Below are positions 1 through 14,189 of a stretch of 64,000 nucleotides of DNA, one piece after another. The DNA lies in assembly GCA_964016885.1 (NCBI GenBank), contig OZ024754.1, positions 12,772,001 to 12,836,000 on the forward strand, written 5' to 3'. The notes below the pieces were generated by a model. It was not told where the DNA came from, searched no databases, and saw nothing but the letters and a program-made list of their open reading frames with translations. The position numbers and the translations under genes were made by a program. The DNA is from Eledone cirrhosa. Its lineage: Eukaryota. Position 1 is the first letter of the stretch. Every line of letters begins with the position of its first letter.

Positions 1-685
1 TGTACCTATATTTTTTGTCTTCATGTGTGCACATGTGTGTATCTTTCTATGTAAGTATGCTTGCGTATGGTGTACAGTTGTTTGTGTCTGACTGTGATAT
101 AAGATGTCCTTCTTATTTCTACTCTTACAACCATAACCATCTCACACTAGAATAACTAAGAACAATGGCTAGGAAAATGCTTCCTTCTTATCGTTATGAC
201 ACAGCCTTCACTCATTTAACTTTTGCAATTTTCTCTTTGTTTTCAGATGATGAACATTACTAAAAAATCAACAACAACAAAATTTACTCTCGCACAAAAT
301 ACTCATATATATGGTCGTATGAATGCCAGGTTTTTGCATCTTTGTGATTGACCTAATCAAGGGAATAAAGTTTAGTTTATATCGATAACTGTATATACTG
401 AGCCTGGCCCGCTTTAAAATCTTATAAGGTTTCATACTAGGTAGTCATGTTTGTGTCTATCTATGTTTACATACCTTTTTATCTTTAAGTATGAATCTCT
501 GTTACATATCTATATCATTATTTATCTACTTACATACCTCTCTGTTTCATTAACTACCTACTGACCTTCATAACTAGCTACCTACTATGAATCTATCTAA
601 ACTATGAATCAGTCTATTGACTGAACTAGTTATGTCTGTCTATGAAATCTACCTATTTTTGTATAAATATATTTAATTTATCTGT

Positions 686-885
686 GATGGAAATGAATTC
701 TACAGGACTAGCACTATTTCATTTATTTGAAATTGTTATGGACTTTTCTTATAAAGCAAATCTCTCTTTCTCTCTCTTGGGAAAGTGGACATTAAAGTGA
801 CAATATATATATATATATAATATTTATACTCTGCTATGTATTGAGTACATTAATTACTGTGGTTACCCCCAATTGACTCCAGGAT
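686..885. repeat. Decayed copy of the 52.2-kb fold-back (hammerhead-like) family
   Basis: 686-740 resembles 52280-52330 (GAAATG..TTCTACAGGACTAG.ACT.TTTCAT); 820-885 resembles 52370-52430 (TATTTATACTCTGCTATGTATTGAGTAC..TTACTG.GG.TACCCCC.ATTGA). Confidence 0.55.
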
Positions 886-932
886 AAACTCTTTATATAT
901 ATATATATATATATAAGCGAGGCAAGGTCACG

Positions 933-1276
933 GGAGGCACATGGTTTAGTGGTTAGAGCATTGGCCTTGCAATCGAAAGGTTGTGAGTTCAATTCTCAGA
1001 CCGGGTGATGTGTTGTTTCCTTGAGCAAGACACTTTATTTCACATTGCTCCAGTTTACTCAGCTGTAGAAATGAGATGATAGGGACTGGGGTCTCTATCA
1101 TTCCACTGCAAAGTGGTCGTGGAGGTGCCACGGCAAAAAAGCACCCAGCACTCGCTGTAAATGAGGTTAGTGTTAGGAAGGGCATCCAGCTGTAGAAATC
1201 AAGCCAGAATCAGTTCCCGTCCCACCCTTGCAAGCAGGGAAAAGCGGACGTAAAATGAAATGATGATGATGATGAT
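933..1276 (+). mobile_element. tRNA-derived SINE, family A, full length
   Basis: A-box-like TGGTTTAGTGG and B-box-like GAGTTCAATTC; central CCTTGAGCAAGACACTTTATTTCAC; RTE-like tail CCCTTGCAAGCAGGGAAAAGCGGACGTAAAATG(ATG)n. Other copies at 2.9, 10.9 and 45.3 kb. Confidence 0.85.
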
Positions 1277-1569
1277 ATAACAGAAGTTTGATGAGCTTTT
1301 GATTCCAGAGTTGGGCTCAATCGATACAGTTCGAACCGCGAGCTGATCAATTGTGAAATGTGTATCACACCTCAATAAACATAATGAAAATTTAACGCCT
1401 CATCCATATCATTATTATATACATACATATATACATACATATATATATATATATATACACACACACATATATGTACATATACATATATATAAGTTAATGA
1501 AGTATTGTTTAATGCAATCTAAGTAGAGGCTATGAGTACTCTGTACCATGGATGACTCAAACGTTTGGC

Positions 1570-1860
1570 ATTGTTTGACTCAACAAGAAGTTTACTTAGT
1601 TGCGGTGTTCAAGTGGCTGATTCCAGACAGTTCCTCGGTAAGTGGTTCCTGGAGTATTAATATATAGGAGTGAAGAATAACAGGGTTTATAGGGTTTATT
1701 TTGAGAATTTGGTTGGGTGTCACCTGTAATTAAAATCGAGTGCCATGGCATACAGCAGTAATGGTTTTTAGACACACTGGACTAATGAAACATTTCTTAA
1801 TACTTGGAATAAACCCTACTATATAGCCGATCCATGTTATTCTTCACTCCTTTATTATTA
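1570..1860. repeat. Fold-back repeat relics
   Basis: GGAGTGAAGAATAACA (~1667-1682) is inverted at ~1835-1850; 1570-1662 is inverted at 2735-2820; related sequence at ~15700-15735. Confidence 0.55.
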
Positions 1861-1872
1861 ATATTATTATAT

Positions 1873-2286
1873 ACAGTAATTCAGAAGACCCGCCTTACCT
1901 AAGTACAAAGTGAAACCTACTACAGTCAGTAGGCACCTCTAACAAAAATACACCCCCGTCCCACTACCCCCACCCCATCCACACCACCCCTTTCAATGTA
2001 AAGTTATGTTGGTACCACAACATCCAGTCCGAAACAAATGAGGTCGTGTAGGTGTCACGACAAAAAAAACACACAGTCCACGCTGTAATGTGGCCGTGTA
2101 GGTAACACGGTAAAAACCTCCCAGTCCCACACTGTAAATGTGGTTGGTGTTAGGAATGGCATCCAGCCGTAGAAAACCCGCCAGACAGTCCTATGTGAGC
2201 AAGACAACCACTCTTGCCTCAAGTGGGAAAACTCCCGTCCAAACCCATGCTAGCGTGGAATATGGACGTTAAACGATGATGATGAT
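1873..2286 (+). mobile_element. RTE family 2, 3' end (ORF stop, long 3' UTR, (GAT)n tail)
   Basis: AGAAGACCCGCCTTACCTAA (KTRLT*) followed by a 3' UTR shared with the 21.2, 30.1, 46.0 and 53.1 kb copies; ends GGACGTTAAAC(GAT)n. Confidence 0.85.
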
Positions 2287-2457
2287 CTCTATATAAAAAC
2301 ACACACATATAAATACACAGACACATACACTCCTATACACACACATATCTCTACATAAAAACACACATATAAATACACATACACTCCTATATACACACAT
2401 ATCTCTATATAAAAACACACATATAAATACACATACACTCCTATATACACACATATC

Positions 2458-2733
2458 GCCCGAAACAAATGAGGTCGTGTAGGTGTCATGACAAAAACAC
2501 ACAATCCACGCTGTAATGTGGCCGTGTAGGTAACACGGTAAAAACCTCCCAGTCCACACTGTAAATGTGGTTGGTGTTAGGAAGGGCATCCAGCCGTAGA
2601 AAACCCGCCAGACAGTCCTATACGAGCAAGACAACCACTCTTGCCTCAAGTGGGAAAACTCCCGTCCAAACCCATGCAAGCGTGGAAGATGGACGTTAAA
2701 CGATGATGATGATGATGATGAAGATGATGATGA
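2458..2733 (+). mobile_element. RTE family 2, 3' UTR fragment
   Basis: Near-identical to 2027-2286; ends in a (GAT)n tail. Confidence 0.85.
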
Positions 2734-2918
2734 TTATTAATACTCCATGAACCGCTTACCTAGAAATCAGCCATCCAAATACCACAACTAAGTAAACATC
2801 TTGTTGAGTCAAACAACACCCACGCCACCTACATCCACAATATGTATAAACACCACACACACACGTGCATACCATCACATATTTACACACTCAGCCTCCG
2901 GCTGAGAGAGAGGGAGAC

Positions 2919-3240
2919 TCATCATCATCATTTCATTTTATGTCCGCTTTTTCCCTGCTTGCAAAGGTGGGACGGGAACTGATTTTGGCTTGATTTCTAC
3001 AGCTGGATGCCCTTCCTAACACCAACCTCATTTACAGTGAGTACTGGGTACTTTTTTACCGTGGCACCTCCACGACCACTTTGCAGTGGAATGATATGGA
3101 CCCCAGTCCCTATCATCTCATTTCTACAGCTGAGTAAACTGGAGCAATGTGAAAATAAAGTGTCTTGCTCAAGGAAACAACACATCAAGACACTTTATTT
3201 CACATTGCTCCAGTTTACTCAGCTGTAGAAATGAGATGAA
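2919..3240 (-). mobile_element. SINE family A, 5'-truncated, with a short fold-back
   Basis: Reverse complement of ~1005-1276; 3187-3240 is an inverted duplicate of ~3113-3167. Confidence 0.8.
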
Positions 3241-3242
3241 AT

Positions 3243-3530
3243 GAGACTGAGAGAGGGAAACTGAGAGAGACATACACTGAGAGAGGGAGATTGAGAGAGA
3301 CATACTGAGAGATGGAGACATACACTGAAAGAGGGAGAGAGAGAGACATACACTGAGAGAGGGAGATTGAGAGAGACATACTGAGAGATGGAGACATACA
3401 CTGAAAGAGGGAGAGAGAGAGACATACACTGAGAGAGGGAGACAGAGAGAGACATACTGAGAGAGACATACACTGAAAGAGAGAGACAGAGAGAGACATA
3501 CACAGAGAGGGACATACACTAAGAGAGACA
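3243..3530. repeat. GA-rich minisatellite (GAGAGACATACACTGAGAGAGG variants)
   Basis: Tandem degenerate units visible directly. Confidence 0.8.
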
Positions 3531-3874
3531 CCAAATGATATAAAATGTTATATTTTTTACCAGCTGATATATACTGATGATGCCAATACATTTACAAAGC
3601 GTAGTACTAGATTTTTTCATTGTCATTGTCGCTTTTTAAAATTCTTTTTTTGTTACTTTAAATCAATGCTACCACACATATGAGTGCCTACAGGCTTGTT
3701 ACTATAATCATAGTTCTACAGCGTGGTGGAGACAAAAGAGAAGATGAAGAAAGAGGAAAAGGATGAGGAAGAGGGTTTGCTATAAAGTGAGGAATGGGAT
3801 GAGGAAGAAAAAGTTGGATCACTACCATAAAGTGCAAAACAGATAACAAAAAATCCAAGATATGTAATCAAATA

Positions 3875-3893
3875 TGATTATATATATATGATG

Positions 3894-3946
<53 letters not shown>

Positions 3947-4027
3947 ATTATATATATATATATATATATGATGATTATATATATATATATATATATGATG
4001 ATGATTATATATATGATGATGATGATG

Positions 4028-4066
<39 letters not shown>

Positions 4067-4523
4067 ATGATGATGATGATTATATATATATATGATGATG
4101 ATTATATATATATATGATGATGATTATATATATATATAATGATTATATATATATATGATGATGATGATGATTATATATATATATGATGATGATTATATAT
4201 AGGATGATGATGATGATTATATATATATAATAGGGGGGTGAATTGGCAGTATCGGTAGAGGGTCAGACATGCTTTCCAGCATAGTTACGTCCCTTTACGA
4301 TCTGAGTTCAAATCCCGCCGAGGTTGACTTTGCCTTTCATCCTTACGGGGTCGATAAAATAAAGTACCAGTAATGTACTGGGTAATTGCTGGCCTTGTGT
4401 CTAATATAGAAACAATTATATATATATATGATGATGATGATGATTATATATATATATAATAATAATGAAATTATTGTGTACAGTGATATATATATATATG
4501 ATGATGATGATGATGATGATGAT

Positions 4524-4554
<31 letters not shown>

Positions 4555-4899
4555 ATGATGATGATTATATATATATATATATATAATGATGATTATATAT
4601 ATATATATATATATGATGATTATATATATATATATATATATGATGATTATATATATATATATATATATGATGATGATGATGATTATATATATATATATAA
4701 TGATGATTATATATATATATATATATATGATGATTATATATATATATATATATATGATGATTATATATATATATATATATATGATGATGATGATGATTAT
4801 ATATATATATATATATAATGATGATTATATATAATGATGATTATATATATATATACATATATATATGATGATTATATATATATATATATGATGATGATG

Positions 4900-4933
<34 letters not shown>

Positions 4934-4964
4934 GATGATTATATATATATATGATGATGATGAT

Positions 4965-5001
<37 letters not shown>

Positions 5002-6443
5002 CTATATATATGTATATATGTGTGTGTATGTGTAAATGTAGAAGAGAAAGCCCCCCCCCCACCCCAATGCCACTACTTACATACATATATACACATAGCT
5101 GTGATATATATTTTATATAAACAGAACAGTTGAATTCATATAACGTTGCATAATAAAGAAGTATGTATGCTGGAGGTGTGTATGTGTGTGCTGTGTGTGC
5201 TGTGTGTGTGTGCTGTGTGTATGTGTGTGCTGTGTGTATGTGTATGTGTGTGCTGTGTGTATGTGTGTATGTGTGTGCTGTGTGTGCTGTGTGTATGTGT
5301 GTGCTGTGTGTATGTGTGTGCTGTGTGTATGTGTGTGCTGTGTGTATGTGTGTGCTGTGTGTATGTGTGTATGCATGTGCTGTGTGTATGTGTGTGTATG
5401 TGTATATATGTATATATGTGTATATATGTATATATGTGTATATATGTGTATGTGTGTATATGTGTGTTGTGTGTATATGTGTGCTGTGTGTATATGTGTG
5501 TTGTGTGCATGTGTGTGTTGTGTGTGTTGTGTGTGTGCTGTGTGTATGTGTGTATATGTGTGTGCTGTGTGTGTGTGCTGTGTATATGTGTGTGTGTGTG
5601 CTGTGTGTATGTGTGTGCTGTGTGTATGTGTGTGTATATGTGTCTGTGTGTGTGCTGTGTGTATGTGTGTATATGTGTATATGTGTATATGTATGTATGT
5701 GCTGTGTGTGTGTGTGTGCTGTGTGTATGTGTGTCTATGTATGTATATATGTATGTGTGCCTATGTATGTATGTGCTGTGTGTATATGTGTATATGTATG
5801 TATGTGCTGTGTGTGTGTGCTGTGTGTATGTGTGTCTATGTATGTATATATGTATGTGTGTCTATGTATGTATATATGTATGTGTGTCTATGTATGTATG
5901 TGCTGTGTGTTTATGTGTATATGTATGTATGTGCTGTGTGTATGTGTGTCTTTGAATGTATGTGTGTCTATGTATGTGCTGTGTGTATGTATGTCTATGT
6001 ATGTGATGTGTGTATGTATATGTATGTATGTGCTATGTGTATATGTATGTATGCGCTGTGTGTGTGTGCTGTGTGTATGTGTATGTATGTATGTGCTGTG
6101 TGTATATGTGTATATGTATGTATGTGTATGTATGTGTATGTATGTATGTGCTGTGTGTATGTGTATGTATGTATGTGCTGTGTGTATATGTGTATATGTA
6201 TGTGCTGTATGTATGTATATGTATGTATGTGCTGTGTGTGTGTATGTATGTATGTGCTGTGTGTATATGTATGTATGTATGTGCTGTGTGTATATGTATG
6301 TATGTGCTGTATATAATAATAATGCTTCTGAGATTCCCAATTTATGCTCAATAATTTATTATAGGGGAGGTAAGTAAAGAAAATTGTATATAAAGTGAAA
6401 ATATGTCTTTATATAGATGTCTTCTTTGTGGAGTGGTGGGGTG

Positions 6444-6512
<69 letters not shown>

Positions 6513-7890
6513 GCATCTATCTCTCTATATATATTTGTAGATGTATGTATGTATCTATCTATGTATATATATATATATATATGCATCTATCTCTCTATAT
6601 ATATTTGTGTATGTATGTATTTATCTATTCTCTATATATATTTGTAGATGTATGTATCTATCTATGTATATATATATATATATATGCATCTATCTCTCTA
6701 TATATATGTGTGTATGTATGTATCTATCTCTCTATATATATTTGTAGATGTATGTATGTATCTATCTATGTATATATATATATGCATCTATCTCTCTATA
6801 TATATTTGTGTATGTATGTATCTATCTCTCTATATATATATACCTCTATGTATATATATATATTTATGCATCTATCTCTCTATATATATTTGTGTATGTA
6901 TGTATCTATCTATCTATATATATATATATACCTCTATGTATATATATATGCATCTATCTCTCTATATATATTTGTATATGTATGTATGTATCTATCTATA
7001 TATATATACCTCTATGTATATATATATATATATATATATATGCATCTATCTCTCTATATATATTTGTATATGTATGTATGTATCTATCTATATATATACC
7101 TCTATGTATATATACATATATATATATATATACGCATCTATCTCTCTTTATATATTTGTGTATGTATGTATCTATCTATATATATTTGTGTATGTATGTA
7201 TCTATCTATCTCTCTATATATATACCTCTATGTATATACATATATATACTTATATATAGACCTATATACTTACATGTTTACATGTATGTAAACATATGTA
7301 CACATATATGTGCACATGTATATATAAATATATACGTACATATATATATATATATATACATATCCATAAATATATATATATATATATATATGTTTATATA
7401 CATATACCTACATATGCATACATATATATACATGTATGCATATATAATTACACATATATATATATGCATACATATATGTATATGTAGGTATATGTAGGTG
7501 TATATATGTATATATATGCATATATGTACATGTATGCATATATGCTTACACATACACACACATATATATACATATATACATATATGTCTGTAAGCCAGCA
7601 CATATCGCTAGTAAGAAATAAAAGACGGCTATACTATCTTTACGACAAAGTCTCAGTTAGAAGCTGAAAAAGATACAATGTAGAAAATCAAATTAATTTA
7701 TTACATTTAAAAATCTTTTCAGTAGAGTCTCCCCCTCCCCCTCTCTCTCTCTCATCTTTGCTCTTTCTCAGTTCTTTTATCATCATACACCTCACTCAAC
7801 CCACTCCCCATCTCTTTCTCACTCTTATTTCTTTTTATTTCCCTTTCACATGATATTTTTTTTTTTCAATTTCTCTTCTCTCTTCATTCC

Positions 7891-7922
<32 letters not shown>

Positions 7923-9360
7923 CCTATATTTTCCTCTAGTTCTCTCTTCTCTCCCTATATTTTCCTCTAGTTCTCTCTTCTCTCCCTATATTTTCCTCTA
8001 GTTCTCTCTTTTCTCCCTATATTTTTCTCTAGCTCTCTCTTCTTTCTCTCTCTTGCTTCTCCCTCTCTATATTTTCCTCTAGCTCTCTCTTCTCTCTCCC
8101 TCTCTATATTTTACTCTAGTTCTCTTGCTCCTCTCTATATTTTCCTCTAGCTCTCTCTTCCTCTCTATATTTCCTCTAGCTCTCTCTTCTCTCTCACTCT
8201 CTATATTTTACTCTAGCTCTCTCGCTCCTTCTCTATATTTTACTCTAGCTCTCTCTTCTCTCTCCCTCTCTATATTTCCTCTAGCTCTCTCTTCTCTCTC
8301 TGCTCTCCCTCTCTATATTTTCCTCTAGCTCTCTCTCACCCTCTCTATATTTCCTCTAGCTCTCTTTTCTCTCTCTCTCTCCTCTCCCTCTCTATATTTT
8401 CCACTAGCTCTCTCTTCTCTCTCTCTCTTTTTCTTCCTTACTACATTTCCTTTCACCTCATCCCCCTCCTCTATTGCCCCCCCCCCCCATTCTCTTTCAC
8501 ACACATGCACACACACACACATGCACTCATACACACACACAAGCATACATACAGACACACAAGCACTCATACACACATGCACTCACACATGCATACACAT
8601 GCATACACATGCACACACACACACATGCACTCATACACACACACAAGCATACATACACACAGACAATTTTATTTCTCTATTTTTCTCCCCAATTCCTATT
8701 TTCTCTCTCATTAATTCTTTATATCTCTGTTCTTTCTCTCTTTTCCAATATCTTCTATTTTCAGAGGCCTCTAGTTCCTCTCTCCCCCCCTTCTCTCTCT
8801 CTCTCTCTCTCCATCTTTATACACACACACACATATATATATATACACACACATATATATATATATACATATATACACACGCACATATATATATACACAC
8901 ACATATATATATACACACACATATATATATATACACACACATATATATATATACACACACATATATATATATATATACACACATATATATATATACACAC
9001 ACATATATATATACACACACACATATATTTACACACACATATATATTTACACACACATATATATATATACACACACACATATATATACACACACATATAT
9101 ATTTACACACACATATATATACACACACATATATATATACACACACATATATATATATACACACGCCCATATATATATAAACACACCCATATATATATAC
9201 ACACACACATATATATATACACACACATATATATATACACACCTCCACCCCCCCCACACACACATATATATACATATATACATATATATATATACACACA
9301 TACACACACACACACCCACCCACACACACACATATATATATACATATATATATATAAAAC
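3875..9360. repeat. Compound simple-repeat block: (TA)n/(GAT)n, (TG)n-derived, (TCTA)n, CT-rich minisatellite, (CA)n
   Basis: Visible directly; source of the YI/VC/TH-repeat ORFs in the track. Confidence 0.95.
4234..4418 (+). mobile_element. tRNA-derived SINE, family C
   Basis: TGGCAGTATCGGT (A-box-like), GAGTTCAAATCCCG (B-box), core GCCTTTCATCCTTACGGGGTCGATAAAATAAAGTACCAG, tail GGCCTTGTG..TAGAAACAATT; at least 8 copies in the window. Confidence 0.85.
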
Positions 9361-9881
9361 TTCCCCAACACCACACTACAACTACTTCACTGAAGCCAAT
9401 ACTGACATCATCATCATCATCATCACCATCACCATCACCAACACCAACATACCCCCCTCCACATACACACACAGTATACAATATCAGAAAGACTATTTCA
9501 AAGCATATTCAATTAAGATTATCACAAGATTATGTGCTAATCCATGCTATTAGTTCTTTGTTTTTGTTGTTTGAGAGTACATGTACACACGGGTGTATAT
9601 GTGTGCTTTCACTTGCGTATCTGTTCAAATGTCCCAGATTTTGTGTGAATGTATTTATGTTTTTCTGCATATATGCATGTGTGTGCGTGTGTATTTGTGT
9701 GAGTGTGTGTGCATGTGTATTTGTGTGAGTGTGTGTGCATATGTATTTGTGTGAGTGTGTGTGCATGTGATTTTGTGTTCGCTATATTTAACGTTTTAAT
9801 TTTCAAATTTTATTTATTATGACACCATATTCCACATTAAAAAACATACATTATTTTTCTCTTTCTTTCTTTTACACACAC

Positions 9882-9920
<39 letters not shown>

Positions 9921-10852
9921 CACACAAGTAGCTGAGTAATTAAGTTATCAAAATAGCAGCTCTAAGGTATCAAATTAACAGCTCCCATTCTGCTGAAGGC
10001 ATTCATTCTGTTGTCTTTCTAAAGCAACATACTTTCCAGTTTTATTCCACATAACGCCATGGGTAGCTTTAAAAAAGCTTACACAACTTTCTGTTTCTCT
10101 CTCTTTTCACACATTGAAAATTACGTAGGCAAGAAGTCAAGAGATAACAGTTAGGATTTTATACCAAGTTGTATGTGTTACAATTTCTAATTTCTATGAT
10201 TCTTGATAAATTTATTGAAGAAAGAAAACAGCAGATTTGTCAGAAATGTTTGCTGCTTGCGATGAACTAGTATTCAAACTAAATCTGGGAGAGAATGTTC
10301 ACCTTTCATCTTTTTTGTTACCCTATTTCTAATAAGGTGGTGAATTAGCAGAGTTGTCTGGGTCTCTCCTCTCTTGGTTCAAATGACATCAAGGTCAACT
10401 TTTCTTTTCATCAATTCATGGTTGTTAAAAATATACCAGTTTAGTACTGGGGTAGATTCTTCCTATATATATCTCTTTCTCATTTCCTTTCTCTCACTCT
10501 CTTTCCTTCTCTGGAAGAAATCTGCTGTACTCAGGCCTGGAGAGGAAATGGGCTCTGGCAGGTTTTAAAAAGCCCTAAGAAACACCACATGTCAATAAGG
10601 CACCCCTACAACTCCACACCATACCATTTCTGATGAATTATTTTGTATTTTAATTAATTGATGAAGAATTTCAGAAGAATTTACTATGATTATAATTTCA
10701 TTAAGATATTTGTAACATAAAGTTGTTTCTCTTTCATATAAAATTATGTTGGAAGGTTTAAATTTAATTAGGACTCCTTTGTAATGGGTGATTTTGTTTC
10801 ATAGAAGTAAAGGTAGTTTTAGACAAGTTTATATGAAAAGGGTTATATGTGA

Positions 10853-11175
10853 AGGCATATGGCTTAGTGGTTGGAGCATTGGGCTTTCAATTGAGAGGTT
10901 GTGAGTTTGATTCTCAGACTGTGTGATCCTTGTGTCCTTGAACAAGACACTTTATTTCACGTTGTTCCAGTTTACTCAGCTGTAGAAATGAGTTGCAACA
11001 TCACTAGTGCCAAGCTGTATCGGCCATTGCCTTTCCCTTGGACAACATCAGTGGTGTGAAGAAGGGAGACTGGTATGCATGGGCGACTGCTGGTCTTCCA
11101 CAAAACAAACCTTGCCCAGGCTTGTGCCTCGGAGCGAAGATTTCTTGATGCAAAACCATGGTCATCCGTGACCAA
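10853..11175 (+). mobile_element. SINE family A variant (same head and core, different 3' half)
   Basis: 10853-10992 matches 935-1075; the downstream sequence differs. Confidence 0.7.
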
Positions 11176-11552
11176 GTGGAGCTAGTTCTATGAAAAAGGG
11201 TTAAAAATGAAGCTGTAGACATGTATTTGCTTAGAAACATACAAAAATACTTTTTGACTGATATTGTCTTTTCCTCACTGCATATTTGTATCTCATTAAT
11301 ATGTTAAACATTTTCTGCATTAAATATGTTTACATTAACTTAGCTATCATTTTTTCCATGCAGATCGCAACAAAGAGCAATTTATTCTGTGAATATATCT
11401 ACTTCTCTATGTCAACAAATATACACGATTTTACATGAATGGTAGACAGCTCTAACATTTCTGGCACCATTGCTAACAATCAGTGTTATTTATGGACTTC
11501 TAACTACTAATTGAGTTGTAGGGAGTACCTTAATGATATACAGCATGTCGTG

Positions 11553-13050
11553 GAAAGAGAGGGAGTGGGTGAATGAGGTAGGGAAAGAGGGAGTGGGTGA
11601 ATGAGGTAGGGAAAGAGGGAGTGGGTGAATGAGGTAGGGAAAGAGGGAGTGGGTGAATGAGGTAGGGAAAGAGGGAGTGGGTGAATGAGGTAGGGAAAGA
11701 GGGAGTGGGTGAATGAGGTAGTGGGTGAATGAGGTAGGGAAAGAGGTAGTGGGTGAATGAGGTAGGGAAAGAGGGAGTGGGTGAATGTGGTAGGGAAAGA
11801 GGGAGTGGGTGAATGAGGTAGTGGGTGAATGAGGTAGGGAAAGAGGGAGTGGGTGAATGAGGTAGTGGGTGAATGAGGTAGGGAAAGAGGGAGTGGGTGA
11901 ATGAGGTAGGGAAAGAGGGAGTGGGTGAATGAGGTAGTGGGTGAATGAGGTAGGGAAAGAGGGAGTGAGTGAATGAGGTAAGGAAAGAGAGAGTGAGTGA
12001 ATGAGGTAAGGAAAGAGAGAGTGAGTGAATGAGGTAAGGAAAGAGGGAGTGGGTGAATGAGGTAAGGAAAGAGGGAGTGGGTGAATGAGGTAGGGAAAGA
12101 GGGAGTGGGTGAATGAGGTAGGGAAAGAGGGAGTGGGTGAATGAGGTAGGGAAAGAGGGAGTGGGTGAATGAGGTAGTGGGTGAATGAGGTAGGGAAAGA
12201 GGGAGTGGGTGAATGAGGTAGGGAAAGAGGGAGTGGGTGAATGAGGTAGTGGGTGAATGAGGTAAGGAAAGAGAGAGTGGGTGTATGAGGTAGGGAAAGA
12301 GAGAGTGGGTGTATGAGGTAGGGAAAGAGGGAGTGGGTGAATGAGGTAGGGAAAGAGGGAGTGGGTGAATGAGGTAGTGGGTGAATGAGGTAGGGAAAGA
12401 GGGAGTGGGTGAATGAGGTAGGGAAAGAGGGAGTGGGTGAATGAGGTAGGGAAAGAGGGAGTGGGTGAATGAGGTAAGGAAAGAGAGAGTGGGTGTATGA
12501 GGTAGGGAAAGAGGGAGTGGGTGAATGAGGTAAGGAAAGAGGGAGTGGGTGTATGAGGTAGGGAAAGAGGGAGTGGGTGAATGAGGTAGGGAAAGAGGGA
12601 GTGGGTGAATGAGGTAGGGAAAGAGGGAGTGGGTGAATGAGTTAGGGAAAGAGGGAGTGGGTGAATGAGGTAGGAAAAGAGGGAGTGGGTGAATGAGGTA
12701 GGGAAAGAGGGAGTGGGTGAATGAGTTAGGGAAAGAGGGAGTGGGTGAATGAGGTAGGGAAAGAGGGAGTGGGTGAATGAGGTAAGGAAAGAGGGAATGG
12801 GTGAATGAGGTAGGGAAAGAGGGAGTGGGTGAATGAGGTAAGGAAAGAGGGAGTGGGTGAATGAGGTAGGAAAAGAGGGAGTGGGTGAATGAGGTAGGGA
12901 AAGAGGGAGTGGGTGAATGAGTTAGGGAAAGAGGGAGTGGGTGAATGAGGTAGGGAAAGAGGGAGTGGGTGAATGAGGTAAGGAAAGAGGGAGTGGGTGA
13001 ATGAGGTAGGGAAAGAGAGAGTGACTGAATGAGATAGGGAAAGAGAGAGC
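11553..13050. repeat. 28-bp G-rich minisatellite (GAGGGAGTGGGTGAATGAGGTAGGGAAA)n
   Basis: Period 28 (e.g. 11561 and 11589), about 50 units, some with internal deletions. Confidence 0.95.
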
Positions 13051-13643
13051 AAGAAAGGGAGAGTAAGAAAGGGGAAAAGATGAAAAAAAGATGGAGAAAA
13101 AATGAAGGGTAGGCAGAGAGAGAAATAGAGAGAGGGAGGAGGGGGAAGAGAGAGAAATAGAGAGAGGGAGGAGAGGATAGGGAGAGGAATAGAAGGGGGA
13201 AATAGAGAGTGGTAAAGTTAAAAAAAAAAAAGAAATGAAATGAGAGAGAGAGAAAGGGAGGGAGAGAAAGAAGATGGGGAAAGAGAGAGTGGTAAAGATG
13301 AAAAGAGTGAATGAAAAGAGGTGAGAGAAAGAAAGAAAGAGTGATGGGGAGAAAGAGAGAGCAAGATGGAGGTAAACAAAGAGAAGAAAGGATGATAATC
13401 GAGAGAAAACAGATATGAGATGAAAGAAAGAAAAAAGCAGAGCTTCAAGAAAGTGAGAAAGGACTTAAATGTCAGTTGGTCTTTGGAATTATCTGGAACA
13501 TTCTTAGAGTTTCCATACATTGAAAATAATACTTCATCTAGACAATATGGTGCTGGGACAACACATACAAACACATATATTCATATATATATGTATCTGT
13601 GTGTATGTGTGTGTGTGTGTGTGGGGGGGTATGTGTGTGTATA

Positions 13644-13746
<103 letters not shown>

Positions 13747-13761
13747 GAATATATATATATA

Positions 13762-14098
13762 TCTATCTATCTATCTATCTAAGGCGGGTAACATTCCCGA
13801 GATCCATGGACGAGTTCTCTCCAGCGGTCTCTGTCCCTCATTATCGCTGCCATGTCCTGCATCTCCAACAGACCAGTGTCTGTCCTTAGGATGGCTCTGA
13901 ACATTAATCAGTATAGACTGAGGATGAAAAACTCAGAGCTGTATGGGAGCATCCCAAAAGTCAGCTCAAAAGTGACACAGAGGAGACTGAGGTTAGCTGG
14001 ACATGCTCACCGACATCCAGAGTTGACATTGCACTCAGTGCTCCTTTGGGATCCCCTACATGGACACACTAGAAGAGGAAGACCAAGGTTAACGTATG

Positions 14099-14100
<2 letters not shown>
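13762..14100. mobile_element. RTE family 3, 3' fragment with internal inversion
   Basis: 13886-14100 (+) encodes [30 protein letters not shown]; 13779-13883 is the reverse complement of the family's 3' end (58465-58568), with an (AGAT)n tail. Confidence 0.85.

Positions 14101-14189
<89 letters not shown>

Noticed and set aside
225-370. Strong acceptor TTTGTTTTCAG followed by a short frame and AATAAA (possible terminal exon)
   Set aside because: Only about 5 codons; such motifs are common in AT-rich DNA.
933-1010. Functional tRNA genes at SINE heads
   Set aside because: The A/B boxes run straight into SINE bodies and no complete cloverleaf is visible.
1282-1380. Hammerhead-like TTGATGA...GAAATGTGTATC..AATAAA
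   Set aside because: C3 is mutated and helix I barely pairs; possibly a decayed member, not counted.
3570-3610. CTGATGA hits here and at ~10630, ~22995 and ~48423
   Set aside because: No properly placed GAAA/UH or closing helices.
13468-13553. Possible minus-strand exon PYCLDEVLFSMYGNSKNVPDNSKDQLT
   Set aside because: The acceptor is plausible but there is no GT donor (TTAAGT); unsupported.
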